Source of the DNA: the human T2T-CHM13v2.0 reference genome, Homo sapiens
DNA length: 64,000 nucleotides
Strand: one strand, 5' to 3'
NCBI RefSeq assembly: GCF_009914755.1
Contig: NC_060930.1
In this document: positions 15,951 to 27,389 of the stretch, piece after piece
Layout: each line of letters opens with the position of its first letter
Position numbering within the stretch: position 1 is the first letter of the stretch
Notes under the pieces: model-generated
Seen by the model: the letters and a program-made list of their open reading frames with translations, nothing else
What the model was told of the DNA's origin: nothing
The model's database searches: none
Position numbers and translations under genes: made by a program

Positions 15951-16544
15951 CTGCCTTTCTGGAGAGAAATAGCTTAGCTAAACCAGATGGAGGTAGATGG
16001 TAGCACAGCAGGAGCCAGAACCCAGTTTCTCAATGTCTCATCTGTGCCCATATCTCTACATCCTGTTGTCTTCTTGTATATGGGGCTCAAATAGGATTAA
16101 AGCCCCTGCAGCCTTTGCCTCTGAAGTTATTTTGCAAGTAACCAAGCTCAAGAGTTTGCCACGCAAAGATATGTCCAAGTATATATCACTTGTGTGTACA
16201 CTGAATATGAATTAGAAATACTAGAACCTTTAGATTTCAAAAGATGCCATTAATTACAGCAACTATATTGAAAATCAGCCACGTGGAAGATATAAAATCA
16301 AAATATATGAGTCTTAATGTTACCTGTACTATCAAGTAAGATTGGAAAAGTTACTTCTATATCTAAACGAGGAACGCTCAACATTCAAATAATAGAAATC
16401 TGCTTGGGTCTCTGCCCAACTCAGTTCAACATACAAAGCCTGAAGCACATTTTCTTTTTCTGCATCTAGCGTGATTCAGCAGCCAGCCCCCAGCCCCTCT
16501 GCACAGTGTCTACTTTAAGAAACTGGGAGGAAAGGAAGCAACGA

Positions 16545-17010
16545 ACATTTGTTTCCCGCCTACCATTTGTCAGGCTCTATGTTAGGTGTTTTGCATTTAT
16601 TACATAATGTTTTATCCTCCCAAGGCCCAGTGAGAGCGTTTATTTTATTTCTAGTTTACATATAAGGAAACCAAAGCTTGGAGAGCTCACTAACTTTTTT
16701 ACAAGGTCTAATAAGCTTGGGAATTATGCCAAGGTTTAATTTCTCAGCCACAGTCTTGCTTGGAGCTCGCTAGTAATAATAGTCTTAACATAATAAATGT
16801 TTATCAGGAATTTCCTTTGCCAAATACTGCTTGAATTATATGCCTGAATCCTTGTAATGGCCCCAACTTGTGGGTACTATGTTAGTCCCATCTTATAGAT
16901 GTGTAAGAGGTAAGTGACCTGCATGAAATCATGTAACTATTAAGTATGTCATTTGGACACAAACTCAGGAAGGCTAACCTCAAAGATTGTACTGTGAACC
17001 ATTACTTCCT
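16545..17010 (-). mobile_element. Two decayed MIR fragments
   Basis: tttacatataaggaaaccaaagcttggagag; cccatcttatagatg...gaggtaagtgacctgc. Confidence 0.5.
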
Positions 17011-17377
17011 ATTGTCTGGAAGAAAAATAATATCCACATTATTTTGTTAATATATTCATACAAGTGAAAATTATAAAGTACCACAAGGTGAGCAGAGACA
17101 AAGGAAGAGAAAGTTACTGTAGTCTCATGGTGGTACTGGAGACAGGAATAAAAACATTTCAGCCACAGAGGATGGGCGGAGTTTAGATATGTTAAGATGG
17201 GGAGAAGGAAAAGAAAGGTTTTCCACTGGAAAGATTTGTGCTGTCATTTAATTTTTGTTTTCTGTCTTAAAATTTGCTAATAGTTCAATCAAACTGGTTA
17301 AGATTTCAGTTTTCTGATAGACATAGATAGTATTAGGCATTAACAATTGATGCTCTGAGTCCATTGTGAACCCACAG

Positions 17378-17882
17378 TTATTACTTTTCTATTGCTGCGT
17401 ATCAAATTACCCCAAAATTTAGTGACTTAAAACAACAAACACACTATCTGACAGTTTCTGTGGGTCAAGAATTAAGGAGAGTCTTAGCTGGGCTGTTGGG
17501 GTTTAGGGTCTGAGGTGACAGTCACGAGGTTGGCTGGGGCTGTAGTTAGCTGAAAATTTAACTGAGGCTTTCAAGGTGGCTCATGCCCATGACATCTAGC
17601 AGGAGGCTTTGATGCCTTGCTACATGAGCCTCTCCATAGGCTGCTGGTGTGTCTCCATCACGTTGCAACTGACCTTCCCCAAAGCAAGATCCCAAAGAGG
17701 AAGCAAGGCAGAAGCCACAAGACATTTTATGACCTAACCTCAGAAGTGATATACTATCACTTATAGCATATTCTTGTGGTCACAGAGACCAAGCCTAATT
17801 CAGTGTAGGAAGTGACTACACAAGGGCATGAGTGCCAAGAGTCGGGGTTCATCAAGGGCCATTTTGGAAGCTGGCTACCACA
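17378..17882 (-). mobile_element. MLT1 (MaLR) solo LTR, MLT1F-like
   Basis: ctattgctgcgtatcaaattaccccaaaatttagtgacttaaaacaaca ... ggccattttggaagctggctaccaca are reverse MLT1 termini. Confidence 0.8.
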
Positions 17883-19228
17883 ATACAAACGTTTTTACAG
17901 GGGCAGGACAATTTCAAAAGAAAGAGGGAGCATAGCTCATACACCTAAACAGTTTTTGTTAATATGTCTCACATCATCAAGTGGTTTCAAAATTAGGCAC
18001 AATATTGCATAATTATGTAGGCTCTCAGGGAGAGAAGTCACCATACCAATGTTAGGGTAGCTATTGAATTGTCTTTCATTCATGTATATACAGGCAATAA
18101 GAAAAGCTAGGTATTCACACTTTAAAGAAGAGTTAGAGCAAAGTCAATATTAGACCCATATTGTTACAGGAAACAGGGCTGGCTTCCATCTCTTTGGGAG
18201 CTACATCCTTCAAGGTATGGCTGTACAAGTTGTGGACTTGATTCTTCCTATGAAGTGAATGATGTATCCCTGAAGCTGTGCAACATTAAAGACCTAAGTT
18301 GGGGCCCAGAGGAACACAGTAGAGCTGGAACCCTGAGCTGCAATAGTAGAAACAAGGCAGCCACCTCCTCTCCCTGTGTAGCCCACAGAATCAGCCACAT
18401 ACAAAAGGGAACAAATATCAGAACTTTGTGTAGTGGACAGCTCCATTAATGACAAGTTTAAGCAGCGAGAACTGAGATGTACTAATAACATTTCCTCAGA
18501 TGGTTTGTTTTCTAGCAAAGTATTCATATGCATAGAAAAAGAAAAATGTTCCAGGATCTATGTACTAAATTTAGTTGTAATAAAAAGTCCAAAAAACTTT
18601 TTGGTATATTTTTGTGAAACCTATTTAAGATTAGCAAGTTATTACTGAAAGTTGGGTTATTATAGTTAATGATATTCATCCCCATCATTTACATTTTGTA
18701 GCTTTTCATGAATGATTTTCAATATTGCCACTATAATTAGTGATGTTGTACTGGGTTTAATTGTGAGGTGTAAGAGTTCTTATATTTCTAACTCATGTTA
18801 GATGTGCAAAATGGTGAGATATAATTTATCTATACAACCCAGATTCTAAATCTGCCTGACTATAATATACCAGAATCAATACAAAAATTCAAAGACTGCC
18901 AGTAAGTCTAGGACATATTACCCTTAATATCAATACTGTCCACAGTATTATCAATCTGTGGGCAATATCTATGGGCAAATATTAATATCAATATTTGTCC
19001 ACAGCCTGTGGGACTATCTGACAATGATAATATTTCAGAAAAACTTAAAAGTAAGGATGGGGCATCATCTCTAACCTTTGGAAACTCTCCTAAATAGAAA
19101 AGAATAAACATGTTTTTTTACAATCACTTTTTAACTTAAAAAATAATAATTTAAAAATACAAAAATTTGCAAAAACGATATAGTACAAAGAATACATATG
19201 TACTCTTCTCAGATTCACCTATTAAAAA

Positions 19229-19262
19229 ATTGCTTCTTGGCCTTTTGGCTAAGATCAAGTGT
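19229..19262 (+). pseudogene. 3'-truncated U2 snRNA retropseudogene (U2 nt 1-34)
   Basis: attgcttcttggccttttggctaagatcaagtgt equals the U2 5' end with two CpG>TpG changes; flanked by gattcacctattaa at 19212-19225 and 19264-19277. Confidence 0.93.
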
Positions 19263-19471
19263 GGATTCACCTATTAATAACGTTTTACTCCATTTGCTCT
19301 CTCTTGTCTCTATTGATCTATTCGTCTAGAGAGGAGTGTGTCTGTGTGCGTATCTGTGTGTACATACGCACATAAAATATATACACACATATACACTCAT
19401 TTTTACACCGTGTGTGTATATATGTATATGTATATACATATACATATATATACCTTACCCATATATACACA

Positions 19472-19799
19472 CACATTCACAGGTTTCTTAACAATGGGGA
19501 TATATTCTGAAAAATGTGTCATTAGGCAATTTTGTCATTGTATGAACATCACAGTGTACTTACACAAACCTAGATGATATAGACTACTACACACCTAGGC
19601 TATATGGTACAGCCTATTGCTCTAGGCTACTAACTTGCACAGCACGTTTTTGTATTGAATAGCTTAGACAACTGCAGCACAATGCTATTTGTGTATCTAA
19701 ATATAGAAAAGGTACTGTAAAACTATAGTATAGTTATAGGACCACCATTGTATATGTGATCCATCATTGACCAAAATGCCATTATGTGGCACATGATGG
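19472..19799 (+). mobile_element. Tigger3a-like (TcMar-Tigger) non-autonomous element
   Basis: ttaacaatggggatatattctgaaaaatgtgtcattagg...tacttacacaaacctagatg...gaccaaaatgccattatgtggcacatga; inserted in TA/CA-rich sequence. Confidence 0.85.
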
Positions 19800-20011
19800 T
19801 ATATATACAGAGGAGATATTGTTTTATACACACACACACACACACACACGCATGCACACATATGTGTCCAGAGAGATGAGGGAGGAAATATATATGTATG
19901 ATTGCGTGTGTGTATTTTTATATGTGATTTTATATATGGCTTTATATATATATATACATCTGATTTTTTCTGAACCATCAAAATCCTTTATTCCTAATAC
20001 TTTACTGTGTA

Positions 20012-20313
<302 letters not shown>

Positions 20314-21009
20314 CATTTCTTAACAGTGGGAATAGTGTCTTCCATAACCACAGCGCATCTATCCCCTGAAATAAATTTCACACTGATACTTTAATTTAAT
20401 CTGCTCCTTGTATTTCAATTTTGTCAGTTGACCCAAAAATGTCCTTTAAAGCACTTTCCTCCTCCAGGACAGGAACTAGTCTAGGGTCAATTCAGTCTAA
20501 GGTTAGAATCCAGTACTGGTCTAGGGGCTGTCTTCTTTTGCCTTCTTTAATCTGGAATAATTTCACACCCTTAATTTGTCTTTAAAAACACTGGCATTTG
20601 TGAAAAATATAGTTTCCTTTCCCTTTAATTTTGTCTAACATTTTCTCATGATTAGACTTATGTTTATGCATTCTAGTCTGGGGTGCTCCAAAGGTGGTTA
20701 TATATTTCCCTAGACATCACTTCTGGAGGCATCCAATGTCCACTCGTCCCTCGATGGTGATGATAATTTTAATTGCTCGTGAAGGTGCTGTCCCCTTTCT
20801 AGTTTGAAACTAGTAAGTGTATGGGGGGAAACTTTAAGGCCATGAAAATATCCCACCCATCATTAAAAATTTTCCCCTAGAGTTAGCATCCCTTATCAGT
20901 TCGTGCTTGATCTTTACTATGATGGCTGCAAACTGATGATTTTTCAACTTCTGGCACTTCCTCCACGTTGACGAGCCAGCTCTCAGCATTCTAGTATAAG
21001 CAGGAGCCA

Positions 21010-21318
21010 GGCTGGGCATGGTGGCTCACTCCTGTAATCCTAGCACTTTGGGAGGCCGAGGCAGGCTGATCACTTGAGGTCAGGAGTTGGAGACCAGCCT
21101 GGCCAACATGGTGAAACCCTGTCTCTACCAAAAATACAAAAATTAGCCAGACGTCATGGTGTGCGCTTGTAGTCCCGGCTACTCAAGTGGGCTGAGGCAG
21201 GAGAATCCCCTTGAACCTGGGAGGCGGAAGTTGCAGTGAGCCGAGATCACGCCACTGCACTCCAGCCTGGGCGACAAGAGTGAAACTCCATCTCAAAAAC
21301 AAAAACAAACAAACAAAA
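21010..21318 (+). mobile_element. AluS
   Basis: Full dimer with (AAAC)n-type tail. Confidence 0.95.
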
Positions 21319-21906
21319 CCAAGAGCCTTCCCCTATTCTGAATTTATTATATTATTTATGTTTTTTAAACCAGTTTTAATCTATCCATTTATTATCAAAA
21401 CTAATGAGTACCCATATATAATGGTTTATTATTCACTAGTGGACTTCATTGTTTTTGTGTTCAAATTGTCCCAGATTTGGCCCATATAAGCCCCTTCAAA
21501 CTGAGTGCTGCGACACTCTTGTGACATGTCCTCTGCATTTTGGGGAATGCTGTTTTAACAAGACATAGTAAGGCTTAACTGTCCACAGCAAGAAGCCCAC
21601 TGTCATCATTCTTTTCTTATGCCTTCATATACTTCCAACTCAGTTATCTGCTGTTCTGTTGTTATTTTTAATGCGGCACAAAATGCTGGGACCTGAATCT
21701 TTAAAAGATCATCATTATCAGAAATAGACAGGATGATAGCCTAAAAATAAGGGCGAGACACACCAAAAAAAGACAGAATTTTGAAATAATAAAATGCTGA
21801 TATGTATAAAGACAGCCCAAGTCATCAATACATTATTTTAATGGATTAATTAAATTTCATATTTATTAATACTGTGGTTTTCTAAGTATTAGTACTTATC
21901 TTAAAT

Positions 21907-21957
21907 GCGGTAATTCTCAAACTGATTTCTGCATCTTAATAAGCTAGAAGCTTTTTA
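21907..21957 (-). mobile_element. MER5A, left part
   Basis: gcggtaattctcaaactg...tgcatc...aagctagaagctt resembles one MER5A terminus; continues at about 27390. Confidence 0.55.
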
Positions 21958-21973
21958 TAAATAAATAAATAAA

Positions 21974-22270
21974 TTTATTTATTTTTGAGACAGGGTCTCA
22001 CTCTGTTGCCCAGGCTAGAGTGCAGTGGCATGAAAATGGCTCACTGCAGACTCAGCCTCTTGGTACAAGCGATCCTCCCGTCTCAGCCTCACCAGTAACT
22101 TGACCACAGGCACGTACCACCATGCCCAGCTAATGTTTAAATTTTGTAGAGATGGAGTGTTGCAATGTTGCCCAAGCAGGTCTCAAACTCCTGGGCTCAA
22201 GCAATCATCCTGCCATAGCCTCCCAAAGTAAATCCAAAGGGATTACAGACATGGGCCACTTTACTGGGCC
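21974..22270 (-). mobile_element. AluJ in the A tail of the L1ME
   Basis: Reverse dimer with J-type motifs. Confidence 0.9.
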
Positions 22271-23147
22271 TTATTTTTTAGTGATATATAACATGTGTAG
22301 AGCAACATGCACAAATATAAAACGTGTGACTTGAACTTTTACAAAAGTTATCACCTTTTCTAAAAAGTACAACCACGACCCAAATCAACATACAATTCCC
22401 TACATTTCAAAAGATTTCCTTGTGCTCCGTCCAAGACATCTCTCTCACCAACCTTCTATTATGGTATATGAGATTTGCTTATTCTTGAACTTTGTGTAAA
22501 TGGAATCATGTGGTATGTAGTCTTTCAGGGCTGGCATCTTTTGTTCGACATCATATCTAAGAGATTCGTCCTTGTTGCTGCATGTAGCAGTAGTTTTTTT
22601 TTTATGTCTGACAATGTATGAAGACATTACAATTATGTTTATATATTTTCCTGTTGATGGATTGTTCCCAGTTTGGGGTCATTATGAATAAATCTGCTGT
22701 GGACATGCTGGTCCATGTCATGGGTCTAGTATGTTTACCCATGTTTATGTAAACAAAGTCTTCCAAGGTGATCTTTACAAGTGATGTTCCCATCAGCATT
22801 GCATGGATGCTCCAGTTCCTCCTTATTCTCACCAGTACTGGCATTAAGTGATTTTAAAATTTTAGCCAGATTATAGCCTCATTGAGGCTATAATTTGAAT
22901 CTACCTCTAAGTAATGTCGCTGAGTATCTTTTCATATGCTTATTTGAACATTTGAAAATCATTTTTTGTATTAAGTGTCTGTTCAAGTTTTTGGTCCATT
23001 TAAAAAAAATTGAGTTGAGCTATCTTTTTGTTGCTGTTTAAGGAGATCTTTTACATATTCTGGTTATAAGTCCTTTGTTAAATATGTATTGAAAATATCT
23101 TCTCCCAGTCTGTGGCCTGCTTTTCCAATCTCCTAAAGGTGTCTTTC

Positions 23148-23622
23148 TCATTTTTTTTCTTTTTTTTAAGTAGGCATGTAGTTTATTTTTACCAAGTTCT
23201 TGAATATATAAACAGAAAGATGCTTGTAATATTCTCTTATTCTCTTATATCCTTTTAATAGTTTTAGGATCCATAGTGATAACTCCTATTTAATTCCTGA
23301 TATTGATGATTCATATCTTTTTTTAATTTTACAAGTCTTGCTGGAGCTTAATTAATCATTGATTTTTTTCTTTGGAAAAATGATATTTTTGTTTCATTTA
23401 TTTTTCAACTCCTAAAATTTTTAATTTCCTTGACCTGCTTTTATCCTTATTAACTCTTACCTCCCGTTTGCTTTAGATTTATTTTTTCTTCTTCTAAGTT
23501 TCTAAGATAGAAACTTACATTATTGATTTGAAATATTTTCTCTTATCTAAATAAACATTTAGTGCAATAAATGTCCCAACCAGCACTGTTCATCTCACAT
23601 ACTTTAATATGTTACATTTTTA
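23148..23622 (-). mobile_element. Internal L1M ORF2 fragment with T tail inserted into the L1ME
   Basis: T-run at left, reverse ORF2-like body, ggtgtctt duplicated on both sides. Confidence 0.55.
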
Positions 23623-24677
23623 GTGGTGTCTTATGATGAACAGAAGTTCTTAATTTTAATGGTGTCAGCATGTCTATCTATTCTTTTGTGATTAGTGATT
23701 TTTACGCCCTGCTTAAAAATTTTTTGAAGGTCATAAAAATATTCTTTTATGAAAAATTTTTCTTTTAGAAATTTTATTATTATTAACCTTTAATAATATT
23801 TTGTTATTAACCTTTAATTTTATTATTAACCTTTCATATTTAAGTCCATGATCCATTTGGAATTTAATATTGTGTGAGGCAGGGATCAAGGTTTATTTTC
23901 TTCCACCATATATATACTTGTGTAACCACAAACTATTTCTTGAAAAGTCCATCCTTTCCCCACTATCTTGTAGTGGGACCCTTGTCATAGCCAAGTGACT
24001 GTTCATATCTGTTTGTAGATTCTGTATGCTTTTCTGTTGATCTATTTATCTTACTTTCTTTTTGTGTTCTATGTCTTTATAATAAGTCTTGATATCTTCT
24101 ACTGTAATCCTCCAACTTTACTCTTATTTGTCAAGATTGTGCTGGTCTTCTCCCTCTGCATTTTCATATACATGTTAGAATCTGCTTGTCAAACTCCAAA
24201 AAAAAAAAAAAAATCACACACTGAGATTTTGATTGGAATTACATTGAACCCATAGGTCAATTTGACAAGATTGATGCCTTGATAATATGTGTCTTTCAAT
24301 CCATGAGCACGATTATTGCATATTATCTCACTTTTCACTTACTTAGGTCTTCTTAATCTTTTTCAGTAATGTTTTATAGTTTTTCATGCAGAGGACTTGC
24401 TTATCTTTTTTAAAATTTATTGATAGATATTTGATGGTTTTGATGCTATTATAAATGGTACTTTAAATTTTTCATTTTCTAATTTTGCTACTATATAGAA
24501 AAAATGATTTGGGGGGGATTTTTTGTCTGTTTTTATAAAGGGAAAGCAAGTTTGTTAAGAAAGCAAAGGAATAAAAGAATGGCTACTGTACTGGCAGAGG
24601 CATGGGCCACTCAGCTGCTTATACTTACTGTTACTTCTTGATTATATGCTAAACAAAGGGTGGATTATTCATGAGTT

Positions 24678-24686
24678 TTCCAGGAA
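24678..24686. promoter_or_regulatory. STAT/GAS motif TTCCAGGAA in MER41 U3
   Basis: Perfect TTCCnGGAA; the neighbouring second site is degenerate (TTCCCAGAG, 24699-24707). Function untested. Confidence 0.5.
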
Positions 24687-26011
24687 AGGGGTGGGTGGTT
24701 CCCAGAGCTTAGGGTTCCTCCCCCTTTTTAGACCATATAGGGTGACTTCTGGATGTTGGTATGGCATCTGTAAACTGTCATGGCTCTGATGGGAGTGTCT
24801 TTTAGCACGCTAATTCATTATAATTAGCGCATAATGAGAAGTGAGGACAACCAGAGGTCAATCTGGTTGCCATCTTGGTTTTGGTGGGTTCTGGTTGACT
24901 TCTTTACCACAACCTGTTTTATCAGCAAGGTCTTTGTGACCTGTATCTTGTGCCAGCCTCATATCTCTTCCTGTGACTTAGAATGCCTAACTTTCTGGGA
25001 ATGCAGCCTGGTAGGTCTCAGCCTTATTTTACCCAGCCCTTATTCAAGATGGATTTGTTCTGGTTCAAATGCCTCTGACATTTCCTCCTCCCTTTTTACA
25101 AGAGAACCCTTAATCCTAAGGGTTATAGAAAGACAAAGATCCAGCTTCCATAACTGCTTCTGGTTGAATAGGGGTGATGATATTCCTAATTATTAGGGTC
25201 TCTGGTACTCAGGGTAGAGAGGAGCTCAGTTACAAAGCATACATATGGCAAGGGTCATTCATAACTCTCAGATCTGGCAAAAGATGATATCTGGAAGAAT
25301 AATAAGTGTTCAATTTAAGAAAATATTCAGTAAGCTTATCTGGCATTCCTACACAAAGAGTACAACAGCAAATATATTCCACAACAGTAAAGGAAAATTA
25401 TTCCAAGTAAACTAAATAAGAAGGCTTTCCAGGAACTGGGCAATTGTTGGAACCAACCTGATATGGAGTCACTAGCTGATTCCAATATGTGCCCAGAATT
25501 TAGAGTATTAATCCAGATTGTTGCATTACCCATTCCCTTTCGTTTTTGTTTCTTCTGAGCAGCACCCAGAGATTACTTGTTAGTTCACAAGAATAAGCAG
25601 GGTTAGTCTAAATTGCAGGAAAAAAAAAAAAAAAAACAAACGTAAAAACAACTGATGACACTAGAATCTAATAACAGGTGAACCACAGTTCCTGAAACAT
25701 AATTTTTCTCTCTCCAGTCTCCCACTTTTGCTAAAGACAAATCATAATAGAACCAATTTGTTTGCAAAAGTAAACCTTAGTCTTATACTTGCCCTGATTA
25801 TTTGTATAAAGTGCAGCAAGAATAATTACCTTTCACATAGGCTTTTAAATTGGCTTTGATGGAACTTTATTCCATAAAGAAACTCAGATAAGAGTTTTCT
25901 AAAGCCAAGTCCAGCCATGGCTTTGTACCATTAAATATCTATATGATTCCTCTCCTCTTGAGGTCCCTAGATAACCTGGGGCTGCTGGGCCTGTCAGAAA
26001 GTGTTATTCTT

Positions 26012-26533
26012 AGGGATCAATGCAACAAGAAGAGCTAACTATCTTAAATATATATGCACCCAATATGGGAGCACCCAGATTCATAAAGCAAGTCCTTAGA
26101 GACCTACAGAGACTTAGACTACCACACAATAATAATGGGAGACTTTAACACTCCACTGTCAACATTAGACAGATCAACGAGACAGAAAGTTAACAAGGAT
26201 ATCCAGGAATTGAACTCAGCTCTGCACCAAGTGGACCTAATAGACATCTACAGAACTCTCCACCCCAAATCAACAGAATATACATTCTTCTCAGCACCAC
26301 ATCGCACTTATTCCAAAATTGACCACATAGTTGGAAGTAAAGCACTCCTCAGCAAATGTAAAAGAACAGAAATTATAACAAACTGTCTCTCAGACCACAG
26401 TGCAATCAAACTAGAACTCAGGATTAAGAAACTCACTCAAAACCGCTCAACTACATGGAAACTGAACAACCTGCTCCTGAATGACTACTGGGTACATCAC
26501 GAAATGAAGGCAGAAATAAATATGTTCTTTGAA
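26012..26533 (+). mobile_element. L1PA ORF2 internal fragment (C-terminal half of the endonuclease domain), truncated at both ends
   Basis: ORF 26135..26590 reads MGDFNTPLS...YSKIDH...[10 protein letters not shown] (L1 ORF2p EN motifs); 16-nt TSD agaaa(g/a)tgttattctt at 25996-26011 and 26534-26549. Confidence 0.93.
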
Positions 26534-27389
26534 AGAAAATGTTATTCTTTACTTACCATAGGTCAGGAGCCCTGTACAAGTACTGTGTAGACAAGGTATG
26601 AGGCCAGTTTTCCCAAGGGGCTTTTATTGGCTCTATAAGTCAAATTTGCTTCCTTAAAGGGAACCACGCCATTCCCATCAAAGCCTTGGCAAAATAACCA
26701 GTTTCTCCAATTGTGTCCTGTTGCAAAAGAAAGCAGATTCTCATTGCACTTATGCAAACAAGTATATTGCCATAAGTTAAGAATATTCACAAATAGTTTC
26801 CAAATTTTGGAGAAATCAGGAAGAGAGAAAGAAATGTGCTCCAAATTTTGTTCACAGGAGTACACTTTACTCAATTGTTAAAAGCTGTCAATAAAAAGAA
26901 AAGTTTCCTTGACTCCAAAATCGGCCAGTCAGTGCTGCAATCTATTTCCTTTGGGTCTGGAGTCTCCTCAATATCATCCCTTCATGTTTCGTAAGGAAGA
27001 TGTTATCAGAAAGGGGTCCCAATCCAGTCCCCAAGAGAGGGTTCTTGGATTTCACCCAAGAAAGAATTTGAGGCAAATCCATAGAGTAAAGTTAAAGCAA
27101 GTTTATTAAGAATCCAAAGGAATAAAAGAATAGCTATTCCATAGGCAGAGCAGCAAAAAAATGATGTTTTATGCTGATATTGTATCCAGTGACATTCTGA
27201 AAATTACTTATTTCTAACAGTCTGTGGATTCTTATGAATTCCATAGGTATAAAATCATAACATATTTGACTAACAACAATTTTATTCTTGCCTTCCAATC
27301 ATTATATCTCTGGAATTTTTTTTTACTTGCCTTACTTCCCTGGCCAGGACCTCCAGTATAATGTTAAATAGAAGTGATGAGAGTGGATA

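Larger units (their letters stand above)
24511..27154 (-). mobile_element. MER41-family ERV1 element in RNA form: R-U5 (27001-27154), short internal region, PPT, U3-R (24536-25080), A-rich tail
   Basis: Minus-strand LTR starts TGTCAGAGGCATTTGAACCAGA (MER41 type) after PPT aaaaagggaggaggaaa; the other LTR piece ends ...tttctgataaca; 64-nt R repeat at 24536-24599 and 27087-27150 (53/64 identical); aaaaaatgat duplicated at both flanks. Confidence 0.85.
22271..27388 (-). mobile_element. Old L1M (L1ME-like) in three pieces: about 22271-23147, 23623-24510, 27155-27388
   Basis: Reverse L1 3'UTR then ORF2 3' sequence (taaatggaatcat, gaacagaagttcttaattttaat, gattggaattacattgaa, ggacctccagtataatgttaaatagaagtgatgagagtgg), collinear across the inserts. 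Confidence 0.8.

Noticed and set aside
19229-19262. Functional U2 snRNA gene
   Set aside because: Only 34 nt; no Sm site or 3' stem-loops; flanked by a TSD.
26135-26590. 151-aa ORF as a functional nuclease gene
   Set aside because: It is a fragment of L1 ORF2p lacking the N-terminal half of the endonuclease, with decayed upstream sequence and no promoter.
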